Assembly: GCA_965261735.1 (NCBI GenBank)
Contig: OZ253470.1
Coordinates: forward strand, 1,553,479-1,617,478
Length of the DNA: 64,000 nucleotides
Direction of reading: 5' to 3'
DNA from: Alphaproteobacteria bacterium
GTDB taxonomy: Bacteria > Pseudomonadota > Alphaproteobacteria > SHVV01
In this document: piece by piece, positions 51,245-60,396 of the stretch
How positions within the stretch are numbered: position 1 is the first letter of the stretch
Layout: every line of letters begins with the position of its first letter
Made by a program: the position numbers and the translations under genes
The notes under the pieces: generated by a model
Seen by the model: only the letters and a program-made list of their open reading frames with translations
Database searches by the model: none
Told to the model about the DNA's origin: nothing

Positions 51245-51664
51245 TCAGCCGCAGCCGCCGACCGTCACCGCAATCTTCTGGGAGGCCTGGCGGAACGTGC
51301 CGTCCGCCATCTCCGCCACCGCATACACGTTCTGGCTCCCGGCAAGCCGGATGCGGATCGTGGCTTCTGGTGGCACCAGCCTCCCGAACTTGAAAACGGC
51401 GACGCCCGGATTCGGGTTTCCGTCGTTGAAGAGCGCGATGCGCCTGGCGCCCTCGGCAACGACCCGGATCGGCACAGCGCCGCCGTTGTCGAAGATCTCC
51501 GGCGCATCGAGAAGCACACCGCCTTCCAGGCGCAATGCGCCCCCTGTGAATTCATCGATGGCCTGCCAAACGCCGTTCGAGGCCTCGGCCGTACCGGCAG
51601 GAAGCAGCGCGGCCGCGGTGGCGGAGGCACCGAGCAGCAATACATCCCTGCGTGTTGGAGCCAT
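51245..51664 (-). CDS. soxY: thiosulfate-oxidation carrier protein SoxY
   Basis: Tat signal (RRDVLL) and invariant C-terminal VTVGGCG* swinging-arm motif; start at MAPTRRD. Confidence 0.85.
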   Translation of the reverse strand: MAPTRRDVLLLGASATAAALLPAGTAEASNGVWQAIDEFTGGALRLEGGVLLDAPEIFDNGGAVPIRVVAEGARRIALFNDGNPNPGVAVFKFGRLVPPEATIRIRLAGSQNVYAVAEMADGTFRQASQKIAVTVGGCG

Positions 51665-51866
51665 GACACGGCCTCCTCCCGCTCGCCAGGCAACTAGCGA
51701 TATTGCTCCCCGTGGCGGGCCCGTCAAGCCCCCCGTTGCGCGCGTATCGGTAACACAAGATATGTCCGGTCCATGTACCAGATGTTGATCGGCGTGGAAC
51801 ATTGACCCCCTATCGGGGGTGATCGGCGTCCAATATTGGGTCTGACTCACTTTCGATGACGTTTCG

Positions 51867-52048
51867 TCATGCAGCGGCGACGAGGCGTGCTCGCAGCAGG
51901 TCGAGGTTGGCGCGTCCATACATCTGGCGCTTGAGGGCCTTCAGCATGTTGATCTGGCCTTCTGTTTGCCCGTTGGACCACGGCTCGCGAAGGGCAGCTA
52001 GAACGGCATGCTTGTCGGCGTTCAGACCACGGGCGAGGGATGCGAGAA
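51867..52048 (-). pseudogene. ISL3-family transposase C-terminal fragment
   Basis: ...REPWSNGQTEGQINMLKALKRQMYGRANLDLLRARL* matches the conserved ISL3 C-terminus; truncated by the IS903-group element. Confidence 0.5.
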
Positions 52049-53137
52049 GGCTTTGGTGCATGGACCTGAGGATTAGTATATCTGGCTCCGCTTCCGTCTT
52101 TGAGAGTTTGTCATGCCTTTCAAGTTCCACGCATCGCGTCGCCACCATATCCCCAGAGCCAAGTACCGGGTCATGAACTGGCCGGATTATGACCGTGGTT
52201 TGGTTCGGCGCGGCGACATTCGTTTCTGGATTGATGAGAGCGCTCTGGAGCAATGGGACGCAGCCAAGCGGCGAACTCCTGGTGGCCAGCGGCGGTTTTC
52301 AGAGTTGGCGATTTCCACGACACTGATGCTGGGGGTGGTCTTCAGACTGCCGCTGCGCGAGACGGAAGGCTTTGTGCGTTCCCTCGTGGACTTGATGGGG
52401 TGCGATCTGCCGGTGCCGGATCACACCACGCTGTCGCGGCGGCGGCGAACGGTGGATGTCGTTGTGGAAACCAGCACGAACAAGCGGTCTACGGATATCG
52501 TGCTGGATTCCACGGGCCTGAAATTCTTTAGCGCTGGCGAGTGGGCTCGCGCCAAGCACGGTGAAACGCGGCGCTCGTGGCGCAAGCTGCATATCTCGGT
52601 TGACCCGGCCAGCAGCGAGATCCGGACGCATGAACTGACCGGTGACGACACGGCCGATGCGACGATGGCGGGACCGCTGGTCGCCGGTTCCGGTGGGATG
52701 ATCCGGCGCGTGTTTGCCGACGGCGCCTATGACGGGGAGCCCGTGACAAAAGCGATCCGAGAAGCTCGGCCACCGAATTCACCACCTGAAATCATCATCC
52801 CGCCACGCGCCACATCCATTCCTCCCCCGGACACGCCTCATGGCGGATCGGAACGGGAGCACCATGCGGCGGAGATCGCGTCGAAGGGAAGGATGAACTG
52901 GCAGAAACGACAGGGCTACGGATTGAGAGCGCTTGGCGAAACAGCCATGGCTCGCGTCAAGAGGCTCAACGGCGGCAAGCTCAACGCTCGCACATTCCAA
53001 TACCAACAAACCGAAATCGCCATGCAGATCGACGTACTCAATCGCTCTATCCGTGCGGCGAAACCAAACACAATCAGGATCCGCTAACCAACCGGGGAAT
53101 GGGCGATCACACCATTGCGGCTCCATGCACCAAAGCC
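52049..53137 (+). mobile_element. IS903-group (IS5 family) insertion sequence, 1089 bp
   Basis: 18-bp IRs GGCTTTGGTGCATGGACC (52049-52066) and the reverse complement of GGCTCCATGCACCAAAGCC (53119-53137); no 9-bp TSD. Confidence 0.8.
52113..53087 (+). CDS. IS903-group transposase
   Basis: 324 aa; MPFKFHASRRHHIPRAKYRV...RGDIRFWI is characteristic of IS903-like transposases. Confidence 0.85.
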   Translation: MPFKFHASRRHHIPRAKYRVMNWPDYDRGLVRRGDIRFWIDESALEQWDAAKRRTPGGQRRFSELAISTTLMLGVVFRLPLRETEGFVRSLVDLMGCDLPVPDHTTLSRRRRTVDVVVETSTNKRSTDIVLDSTGLKFFSAGEWARAKHGETRRSWRKLHISVDPASSEIRTHELTGDDTADATMAGPLVAGSGGMIRRVFADGAYDGEPVTKAIREARPPNSPPEIIIPPRATSIPPPDTPHGGSEREHHAAEIASKGRMNWQKRQGYGLRALGETAMARVKRLNGGKLNARTFQYQQTEIAMQIDVLNRSIRAAKPNTIRIR

Positions 53138-53640
53138 TCTCCTACGCCTTCGGCGAAGATGTCCTTGTTGGCGTATTTGAACCTTTCGCCCGCTTGAACC
53201 TTAATTGATTTCGTCCCTGGCTCCGTGCCCGCAATGACCTTGGCATACCGATTCCAATCCTCTTCCCTATATCCCCCGTAATTGCTGAAATCCGGCTTTT
53301 TCTTCTTTGCACCAGAGTCCCAGAAATGCAACACCATAAAATGGTCTATGAGTGCATTGAAGCCGTCGAGGTGATCCATATCAGGGTGAGAGAGGATGAA
53401 ACGCCAAATCTCTTGGTGCCCCAATTTGACCAGATAGTCGAGAGGGTTGGTCGGATGATCGCACATCCGAAAATTCCCCTTTGCAAGAGCAATTTCGTGT
53501 TTGGCGAGGGCTTCCATTAGCGTCCCTTGAGTCCTTGCGGTGTTTCCAGCCGATATGTCGAACACAGTTACTCGCCCAGAAAGGTGTTCGAGAATGATGC
53601 AATCGCCTTGATTGACGTTTAGAAGGTGAACTTTCGGCAT
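53138..53640 (-). pseudogene. MBL-fold metallo-hydrolase, C-terminally truncated by the IS903-group element
   Basis: MPKVHLLNVNQGDCIILE... and HPDMDHLDG (HxHxDH motif); the ORF runs into the IS inverted repeat; low GC. Confidence 0.5.
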
Positions 53641-53663
53641 TTCCTATCTCGCTCTACTTCTTC

Positions 53664-54768
53664 CTTACCTATCCGGTTTACACCCACACCCACTAGGGCT
53701 AGGATGGGCGCAACCCGGATATAGGGGAGCGCGCCATGGATGTTCTCGACCGCGCCGGTCTCCCATTCCCGCATTCGCTACCCGAGTTCCAGCGACTTTT
53801 CCCCGATGATGCGGCCTGCGCCGCCTACCTGGAGAAAGCCCGCTGGGGAGACGGCTTTGCCTGCCCGCACTGCGGCACGGCGGGAGAGCCGTTCCACTTT
53901 GAAAACCGCCCTGGCGTCCTGCGCTGCCGCAAGTGCCGCCAGAACACCGGGCTGACGGTGGGAACAGTGATGGAGCGTAGCCACACTCCGCTGAACGTCT
54001 GGTTCTGGGCCGCTTATCTGGTCGCCAGTCAGACGCCCGGCATGTCCGCCGTGCAGTTTCAGCGGCAACTTGGTCTTTCGCGCTACGAGACGGCCTTTCA
54101 AATTCTCCACAAGCTCCGCTCGGGCATGGTGCGGCCCAACCAAGACAGGATCGGTGGACAGCCCAAGAACCATGTTGAGGTGGACGAAACCTGGGTTGGC
54201 GGGCGAACGCGTGGGGAAGGCCGTGGTGTTCACCACAAGGTTCCCGTCTCCTGTGCCATCGAGGTGCGTCATCGAAAGCCGGGCACCAAGCTCGACAACC
54301 GGAAAGACGGACGCTATGCCGGACGCGTTCGGCTCGCCGTCGTGCTCGACCGTAGCGCCGAGTCGCTCTGTGGGTTCGTCGAGAGCACCGTCGCGCCGCG
54401 ATCGCTGATCGTTACTGACGATTGGAGCGGCTATGCTGGCCTCGGGAAGCGCGGCTATGAGCACTTCGCTGTTGCCGAGTGTGGTGATCCAGAGGTTGCC
54501 GAGCAATACCTGCCGATCATCCATCTGGTTTTCGCCAACCTGAAGACGTGGCTGATCGGTATCCACCACGGCGTTAGCCACCAGCACCTACAAGCCTACC
54601 TCAACGAGTTCACCTTCCGCTTCAACAGGCGGTTCTACCCGTTCAACGCCTTCCGCTCATTGCTCGGCATCGCGGGCGACACCTCTGCTCCAACCTATGC
54701 CGAGCTTTACTCGGGAGAGTGGCGGCACCCTACATGTAGCGGTCATGGGCGTTAACCGGATAGGCAAG
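53664..54768 (+). mobile_element. IS1595-family IS, copy 3 (1105 bp)
   Basis: Same termini as the other copies; flanks ACTTCTTC / GTTTCTTC (6/8), consistent with a degraded 8-bp TSD. Confidence 0.85.
53736..54755 (+). CDS. IS1595-family transposase
   Basis: 339 aa, nearly identical to copies 1 and 2. Confidence 0.85.
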   Translation: MDVLDRAGLPFPHSLPEFQRLFPDDAACAAYLEKARWGDGFACPHCGTAGEPFHFENRPGVLRCRKCRQNTGLTVGTVMERSHTPLNVWFWAAYLVASQTPGMSAVQFQRQLGLSRYETAFQILHKLRSGMVRPNQDRIGGQPKNHVEVDETWVGGRTRGEGRGVHHKVPVSCAIEVRHRKPGTKLDNRKDGRYAGRVRLAVVLDRSAESLCGFVESTVAPRSLIVTDDWSGYAGLGKRGYEHFAVAECGDPEVAEQYLPIIHLVFANLKTWLIGIHHGVSHQHLQAYLNEFTFRFNRRFYPFNAFRSLLGIAGDTSAPTYAELYSGEWRHPTCSGHGR

Positions 54769-54854
54769 GTTTCTTCATGTACTGCGGGACTTATTTCCAC
54801 ATCCGATGCTACGACCAAAACAGTGCGCAAAAAAACGTACGCAGTAGTGCGGGG

Positions 54855-56250
54855 GCTGAAGTCGGTTGTGTCTCGAAAGTGGTGGAAATTGGTTTTGGCG
54901 CCTCTCCGAGCGGGTTGAGTTTTGCGGCGGTCAGGCTGCGCGGTCAAGGGTTTCGTCGGCGATTAGCTGATCGAGGGTTTCCCATCCATCGACTTTGCGC
55001 ATCTGGATTTGGCCGGAAGCGAGGAGTGCCCAGAGGAGCATCGGCACTGTTTCGGGACACGGCAGCACGGTCTGTGTTTTGATCCGGCGCTTGAACTCCT
55101 CGTTGAGACGCTCAATGGCGTTGGTCGTTCGGGCTGATTTCCATTGGCTCTTGGACAGGCGCGTGAAGGTAAAGAGCTTGTCGCCCGCTTCTGCGAGGCT
55201 GTCCGCGACGGCCCTGCATTTCAGCCGCCACTTGCGGACAAACGCCTTGCGGCGGGTTTCCACCTCGGAGGCAGTGTCGGCATAGATCATATCGCGGTAA
55301 TCTTCGCTCAGCTCGTCATGCATGTGTTTGGGAGCATGACCCAGAAGGTTGCGGTGCTTGTGCACGGTGCAGCGTTGAACGGGAAGGTCATCGCCCCAAA
55401 GCGCCGACAGAGCCGCCTCCAGTCCCGGCGCGCCATCGACGATGACAAACCCGGGCCGTTTCAGTCCACGCGCATCAAGGTCGTCGAGGAACTGGCGCCA
55501 CGCCGCCTGGCTTTCTCCGCCCATATTCCCGATCGAAAGCAAGACCTTCTGGCCATCCCGGCGCACCCCTATAGCCGCGAGAACCGAGATGTTGGTGGCC
55601 TTGCGGTCCAGTCGGGTCTTGATCACAGTGCCGTCAAGGATCAGCCGAACGATATCCTCATCCGCGAGGCCACGGCTGCACCAGGCGTCCCAATCGACCT
55701 TCACCTTGCGCCACGCCCGGCTCACAACGTCCTTGCTCACAGCACCCCGGAAGAGCCCGAACAGCGCGCGTTTCACCCGCCGCGTGTTGGTTCCGGACAG
55801 ATACACCGAAGCGATCAGCGCCTCGGCCTTTCTGGTCAGCCGCTGGTAGCGCGGCAGCGCCCGCGAACGCCATTCCGACGCCCGACCGTCTTCCTCAACG
55901 ATCCGCGCACGCGGCACGCTCACCCTCTCGGTCCCGAATGTCCCCGTCAGTTGCCGCTCCCGGTGCCCGTTCCGATACCCTTGCCGAAGCGCGTCCTCTC
56001 GACCGTATCGGCAGCGCCCGAGAAACTGCGCAAGTTCCTCCTCAAAAACGGCCTCGATCGTGGATCTGATGTTCTCCCGCAGCCGGTCCTCGAGCGGATC
56101 ATAGCCGGCGTCATTGGCCAGTAGCGAAAGCGCGGAAGTCTCGGTAGTGTTCTTCATGGCGTGATCTCCTTGGCGGTGCTAGCCGCCGATTGGGTGGTTG
56201 TCTTGTCACCCGGAGATTACGCCATCCTCAAATTTCCACCACTTTCGAGA
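54855..56250 (-). mobile_element. second, distinct IS256-family insertion sequence (about 1.4 kb)
   Basis: Terminal IRs with the GTGTCTCGAAAGTGGTGGAAATT core at about 54856-54893 and inverted at about 56215-56250. Confidence 0.7.
54931..56157 (-). CDS. IS256-family transposase
   Basis: 408 aa, Mutator-type DDE; different lineage from the one at 42554. Confidence 0.85.
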   Translation of the reverse strand: MKNTTETSALSLLANDAGYDPLEDRLRENIRSTIEAVFEEELAQFLGRCRYGREDALRQGYRNGHRERQLTGTFGTERVSVPRARIVEEDGRASEWRSRALPRYQRLTRKAEALIASVYLSGTNTRRVKRALFGLFRGAVSKDVVSRAWRKVKVDWDAWCSRGLADEDIVRLILDGTVIKTRLDRKATNISVLAAIGVRRDGQKVLLSIGNMGGESQAAWRQFLDDLDARGLKRPGFVIVDGAPGLEAALSALWGDDLPVQRCTVHKHRNLLGHAPKHMHDELSEDYRDMIYADTASEVETRRKAFVRKWRLKCRAVADSLAEAGDKLFTFTRLSKSQWKSARTTNAIERLNEEFKRRIKTQTVLPCPETVPMLLWALLASGQIQMRKVDGWETLDQLIADETLDRAA

Positions 56251-56292
56251 CACAGCCCTGAAGTCATCAATAGCGGTCTCAATTCAGCGAGC

Positions 56293-56673
56293 TCACAAGC
56301 TGGAATAGTTGCGGAGCCTAGCGCGGATTTCTACCTGGGGCAGCCGGCAGCGAGGATGTTCGGCGATTCGCCGGAGGCCCTCGGTCAAGGCGTCCTGGTC
56401 AAGCATCCGATTCCCATGCAGGTGATCGACCAGCCATAGGACGCCGTGGCATTCGACGTTTTCTTCGAGTGCCAGGGCGCGCAGCGAGCCGTCTCCGGAA
56501 AGCAGCGTCCACGAACGTGTCTTGGAGAGGGCGAGCGCGAAGCTGTCGGGAAGCGAAAGACTGCGCCGCGCGCGGCGGTACGCCAGCGCGAGGGTGACTC
56601 CTGCGCCATCCAGTTCTTCCAAGCGGAGCCCCAGGTCGATTAGTGTGGGCCCACCGTGATCCCTGAGTTCGCG
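56293..56673 (-). pseudogene. PIN-domain (VapC-like) gene fragment, N-terminally truncated by the IS1595 fragment
   Basis: ...ALALSKTRSWTLLSGDGSLRALALEENVECHGVLWLVDHL resembles PIN-domain C-terminal strands; the upstream part is replaced by the IS end. Confidence 0.35.
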
Positions 56674-56892
56674 CTTGCCTATCCGGTTAACGCCCATGAC
56701 CGCTACATGTAGGGTGCCGCCACTCTCCCGAGTAAAGCTCGGCATAGGTTGGAGCAGAGGTGTCGCCCGCGATGCCGAGCAATGAGCGGAAGGCGTTGAA
56801 CGGGTAGAACCGCCTGTTGAAGCGGAAGGTGAACTCGTTGAGGTAGGCTTGTAGGTGCTGGTGGCTAACGTCGTGGTGGATACCGATCAGCC
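56674..56892 (-). mobile_element. IS1595-family IS fragment (right-end 219 bp only)
   Basis: Identical to the right end of the full copies, encoding the last 68 aa of the transposase; identity breaks at about 56892. Confidence 0.85.
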
Positions 56893-57558
56893 GATCGGCG
56901 CGCCGCCCATCTCCTGGCGCCAGTAGACCCAGGCGCCCAGGGGATCGCGGTCGCGCACGAAGGCGAGATAACCGGCGTCGGGACGGATGGTCTCGGCAAT
57001 CGCCATCTGTTCGATGTAGCCGTTCCAGGCCCGGGCGGCGACAGCGCCGCCACCCTCGCGCCGGCACCGGGGACAGCCCCAGGGGTTGCGGTAGCGGACC
57101 GCCCCGTTGCCGCGCAGACGTGCGGCCAGATTTTCCGGGGCAACGCGTCCCTCGGCGTTCCGCTCGAGCGCGCAGTCCGGGCACAGGAGCGGCAGCAGGG
57201 TCTGCTTCATCAGCAGCGCGACATTGCCGGGCTTGGTCACCTCGGCCACGCCGACGCCCATGTCGATCAGCCGGAACAGGATGGCATTGGCCGAATGGAC
57301 GTGGATCGTGGTCCACACCTGGTGGCCGGTATCGATGAACTGCATCACCTGGCGGGCGGCGTCGGCGTCGCGGATCTCGGAGACCATGCCGCTGGCCGGG
57401 TGGACCCGGCAGAAATGCATCAGCGCTTCCTTGAAATGCCCGGCCCGCTCATCGCCCAGGGCCGACGTCGGCACGGCGATCTGCACCGCGCCAGGGATGC
57501 GGTATTCGACCGGGTCCTCGATGGTCACGAGATTGAGCTGGCCGTCGAACTCCGCCAT
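56887..57558 (-). pseudogene. GspE/PilB/VirB11-family secretion ATPase, C-terminal fragment
   Basis: TIEDPVEY and WTTIHVHSA motifs plus a C-terminal tetracysteine CPDC...CPRC; no Walker A upstream. Confidence 0.55.
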
Positions 57559-57629
57559 CTGCAGGGCGAGATTGGCCGCCAGTGTGGTTGACTTGCCGTC
57601 GCCCGCGGTGCCGCCGATGAAGACGCCGC

Positions 57630-58354
57630 CATGGGGCGCCCAGATAGGCTTCCTGGAAGAGCTCGAAGAACTGCGCCGGCTTGCCGTTCAGCGACGGAAT
57701 GTCGGCCGACAGCACCCGCGAGACCGCGCCCGCGCTGTTCAATGCCCGCACCGTCGCTGACAGTGCAGGAACATGTTCATCCGCGCCAGCGCCCAAGTAG
57801 CGACGTCCATTTCCTGGCCGTAGACTGTGATGCCGCGCGGCGCTTGGTCGGCAGCCTTGAGGAGTAGCGAGCCGGAACCGCAGGTGGGATCGTAGATGGT
57901 CTGGTCTTGGCGTGTGTCGGAGCCGATGCCGACCACCTGCGCCATGATGCGCGAGACCTCCGCCGGAGGTGTAGAATTGTCCCTTGCTCTTGCCGCTCTC
58001 GGTCGCGAAATGGCGCATCAGATATTCGTAGGCATCGCCCAGGAGGTCGTCGCCTTCGGCACTGTTGGCGCTGAAGTCGAGGCCGTCGAAGATGGCGACC
58101 AGTTTCGAGAGCCGATCCTGCATCTCCTTGCCCGTACCGAGCTTGCTCTCGTCATTGAAGTCGGCTTGGTCGATGACGCCCTTGAGATCGTTGGCCTCGG
58201 CGAGGAGGCCGATGATCTTATTGATCCTGTCGCCGATCTCCTTGTCGCCCTTGGACTTCACCATGTCCGCAAAGCCGCCGCCGGCGGGTACTTCGATCAA
58301 CGCTCCGGGCTTGCCGGCGTACTTGTCTGATACGTATTTCGTGAACAAGATCAT
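57630..58354 (-). pseudogene. hsdM: type I restriction-modification methyltransferase HsdM fragment (frameshifted, truncated at both ends)
   Basis: GDAYEYLMRHFATESGKSKGQFYT (N-domain) in one frame and IYDPTCGSGSLLL (motif I) in another (57739-57945); lacks the first 30 aa and the C-terminal half. Confidence 0.65.
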
Positions 58355-58766
58355 TCACACGCTTCACCACGCCCTGCGCAACCCGCAGCAACGCGGCGAC
58401 GAGTTGTTCGTCTACGTCCATCGCGCCTTCGTACTCGGCAAGATTGCGCTTGCGGTGGGCCTGGTCCAGCACTCGCCACTGTTCCTGAGGCAGGCCGATG
58501 GTGTGCTGCAGGCATTGAAAGACCAGATAGCGCGAATCGGAGCGATAGCCTTGCGCCCGCAAGGCCGCGAGCGCCAGCGCATGGGCCGCGTTGTAGCCGA
58601 GGTCGAAGCGGCTCTCCAGGCTCAACTCCTTGCGCTCGGCATCTTCCAGACGGCGCTCGCCCGAGCGCAACAGGCCCTCGATCTCCCCCTCCGCGGCCGG
58701 CTCCGTCTTGAGTTGGCCGATGCGCACCAGGTTATCGAGCTGCGGATGCGTCATCTTCTCTTCCAA
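58218..58766 (-). CDS. HEPN-domain protein (candidate toxin of a HEPN/MNT pair)
   Basis: 182-aa ORF directly downstream of, and overlapping, the MNT gene; alpha-helical HEPN-like composition, weak family assignment. Confidence 0.4.
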   Translation of the reverse strand: MEEKMTHPQLDNLVRIGQLKTEPAAEGEIEGLLRSGERRLEDAERKELSLESRFDLGYNAAHALALAALRAQGYRSDSRYLVFQCLQHTIGLPQEQWRVLDQAHRKRNLAEYEGAMDVDEQLVAALLRVAQGVVKRVNDLVHEIRIRQVRRQARSVDRSTRRRRLCGHGEVQGRQGDRRQDQ

Positions 58767-59397
58767 TGAGGACCAGATGTTCGCCAGCGAGCACGCGGCT
58801 CAGGAATGTGTTTCCGGCCGATCGACGCGCGTTGAACTCCTGCACCGTGTAAAGCGTGGGGCTGATCTTGCGGTCCAGGTTCGTCTCCACCGGCGCGAGC
58901 GCTGTGTAGAGTTCTTCCAGCATCACGCCGTCGGCGGTGACGAGCAGATCGATGTCGCTGGCTGCCGTATCCGTACCATGCACGACAGAACCGTAGATCA
59001 TGGCCAGCTCGATGCGGTCGGCGAGCGGGTCCAGCGCCTGCCGGATCGGCTCAACCATGGCGACTGTCTTGCGTACGATGCCGATTAGTTCGTGATACAC
59101 GGGACAATCGGGATTGGCCTGGTAATGCTTCTGCGTTCCGATATAGGTAACGCTCACCAGACCGCTCGACGCGAAGCGCTGGAGTTCGCGCTGCACGGCC
59201 CCGGAACCGGATCCGGTCAGCCCGATCAACTCGCTGGCAAAAAAGCTTCGGTTGGGCTGGCCGAACAGTAGGGCTAGAACCCGCTGCTGGGTTGTGGTGA
59301 AAAGCGCATCGGCGAGACCGGTGGGTGTGCCGACATGCTTGGCCGCCGCCTTGCGGCGGGCCGGTCGAGACAGGCGTGTTGGAGTTTGTGTACTCAT
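58732..59397 (-). CDS. minimal nucleotidyltransferase (MNT) domain protein with an N-terminal HTH
   Basis: GSVVHGTDTAASDIDLLV (GS...DxD) nucleotidyltransferase motif; start at MSTQTPTRL. Confidence 0.6.
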   Translation of the reverse strand: MSTQTPTRLSRPARRKAAAKHVGTPTGLADALFTTTQQRVLALLFGQPNRSFFASELIGLTGSGSGAVQRELQRFASSGLVSVTYIGTQKHYQANPDCPVYHELIGIVRKTVAMVEPIRQALDPLADRIELAMIYGSVVHGTDTAASDIDLLVTADGVMLEELYTALAPVETNLDRKISPTLYTVQEFNARRSAGNTFLSRVLAGEHLVLIGREDDASAAR

Positions 59398-59498
59398 AAC
59401 AGGCATTTTAATGCTCGATTTGGGTAATGTGCAATGATGATTCCGGTTTTGCCTGTGCTCCGGGACCCCGCGACCATTGGTGACGATCGCCGCCGCCT

Positions 59499-59897
59499 TC
59501 ACATCCGCCTCAAGGTCCAGAGGACCTTTCCGACGATGTGGGCGTCCTGGGCGAGGCATGTGTAGGGCTCGTACGCGGGGTTGGCGGAGATTAGCCTGAG
59601 CCTGGGCGGCTCGGTGTTGGGCAGAACTTCGACCCGCTTGACCACGAGGCCGGTGCCGTCCCACAGCACCGCCGTCTCGCCGGTGCCGGGGGCGCGGCGG
59701 GTAACGTCGACCAGCAGCCGGTCGCCGTCGGAGACCAGAGGCTCCATGGAGTCGCCGCGCGCGCGCAGGACACGGAGATTGCCGGGTTCGGCGTCGCCCT
59801 CGTGACGGATCATGCCCTCGGGCAGGTACCAGCGCGCTTTCTCGGTGGCGAATTCCTCGCCTGCCGCCCCCGCCCCGGCGGCGGCCTCGACCGCCAT
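59499..59897 (-). CDS. S24 (LexA/UmuD-like) peptidase-domain protein with an intact Ser/Lys dyad
   Basis: RARGDSMEP...VVKRVEV; about 133 aa from MAVEAAAG; no HTH upstream. Confidence 0.55.
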   Translation of the reverse strand: MAVEAAAGAGAAGEEFATEKARWYLPEGMIRHEGDAEPGNLRVLRARGDSMEPLVSDGDRLLVDVTRRAPGTGETAVLWDGTGLVVKRVEVLPNTEPPRLRLISANPAYEPYTCLAQDAHIVGKVLWTLRRM

Positions 59898-60396
59898 CTC
59901 GGGGATAGCGGCGAGTGGAGCGCCGGGAAGAGCGGCCGGCGGGGTGCGCCGCCCACAGTCATCATCCGGGAGTTTGCCGGCGCGGCAAACTCCTCCTTGT
60001 CCCCGATCATAGTCAACCCGTCGAAGCGATGGCAAATTTGACGCAGTCGCCGACCGGGGATGAGGAATGGGCTGTCCAGAGAGCCGGTTACATGACACTC
60101 GAATCCATTGCTCCGGTGAGCGACATTGACTCCATAGAGCTGCCCGCAGTGGGAGACTGAGCGTCCGAGCCCAGACCGCCGGAAACCTTGTAGAGTGCAA
60201 CGCTCCCACACCACTCCCGGGGACACGATCCCGTCGTATGGCGAGACAAAGTCAGCGGACACTAGAAATCTACAGCCAGCATAGGGAACTTCGAAGAATA
60301 TTGCCGGTGACCTGTCCTCTTCATCGCCCTCTCGCCCAAGAATCCAATCAATCCAGGCAACCACACTCGGCGTACCCATAAGGGCGAAGTTGGAAC

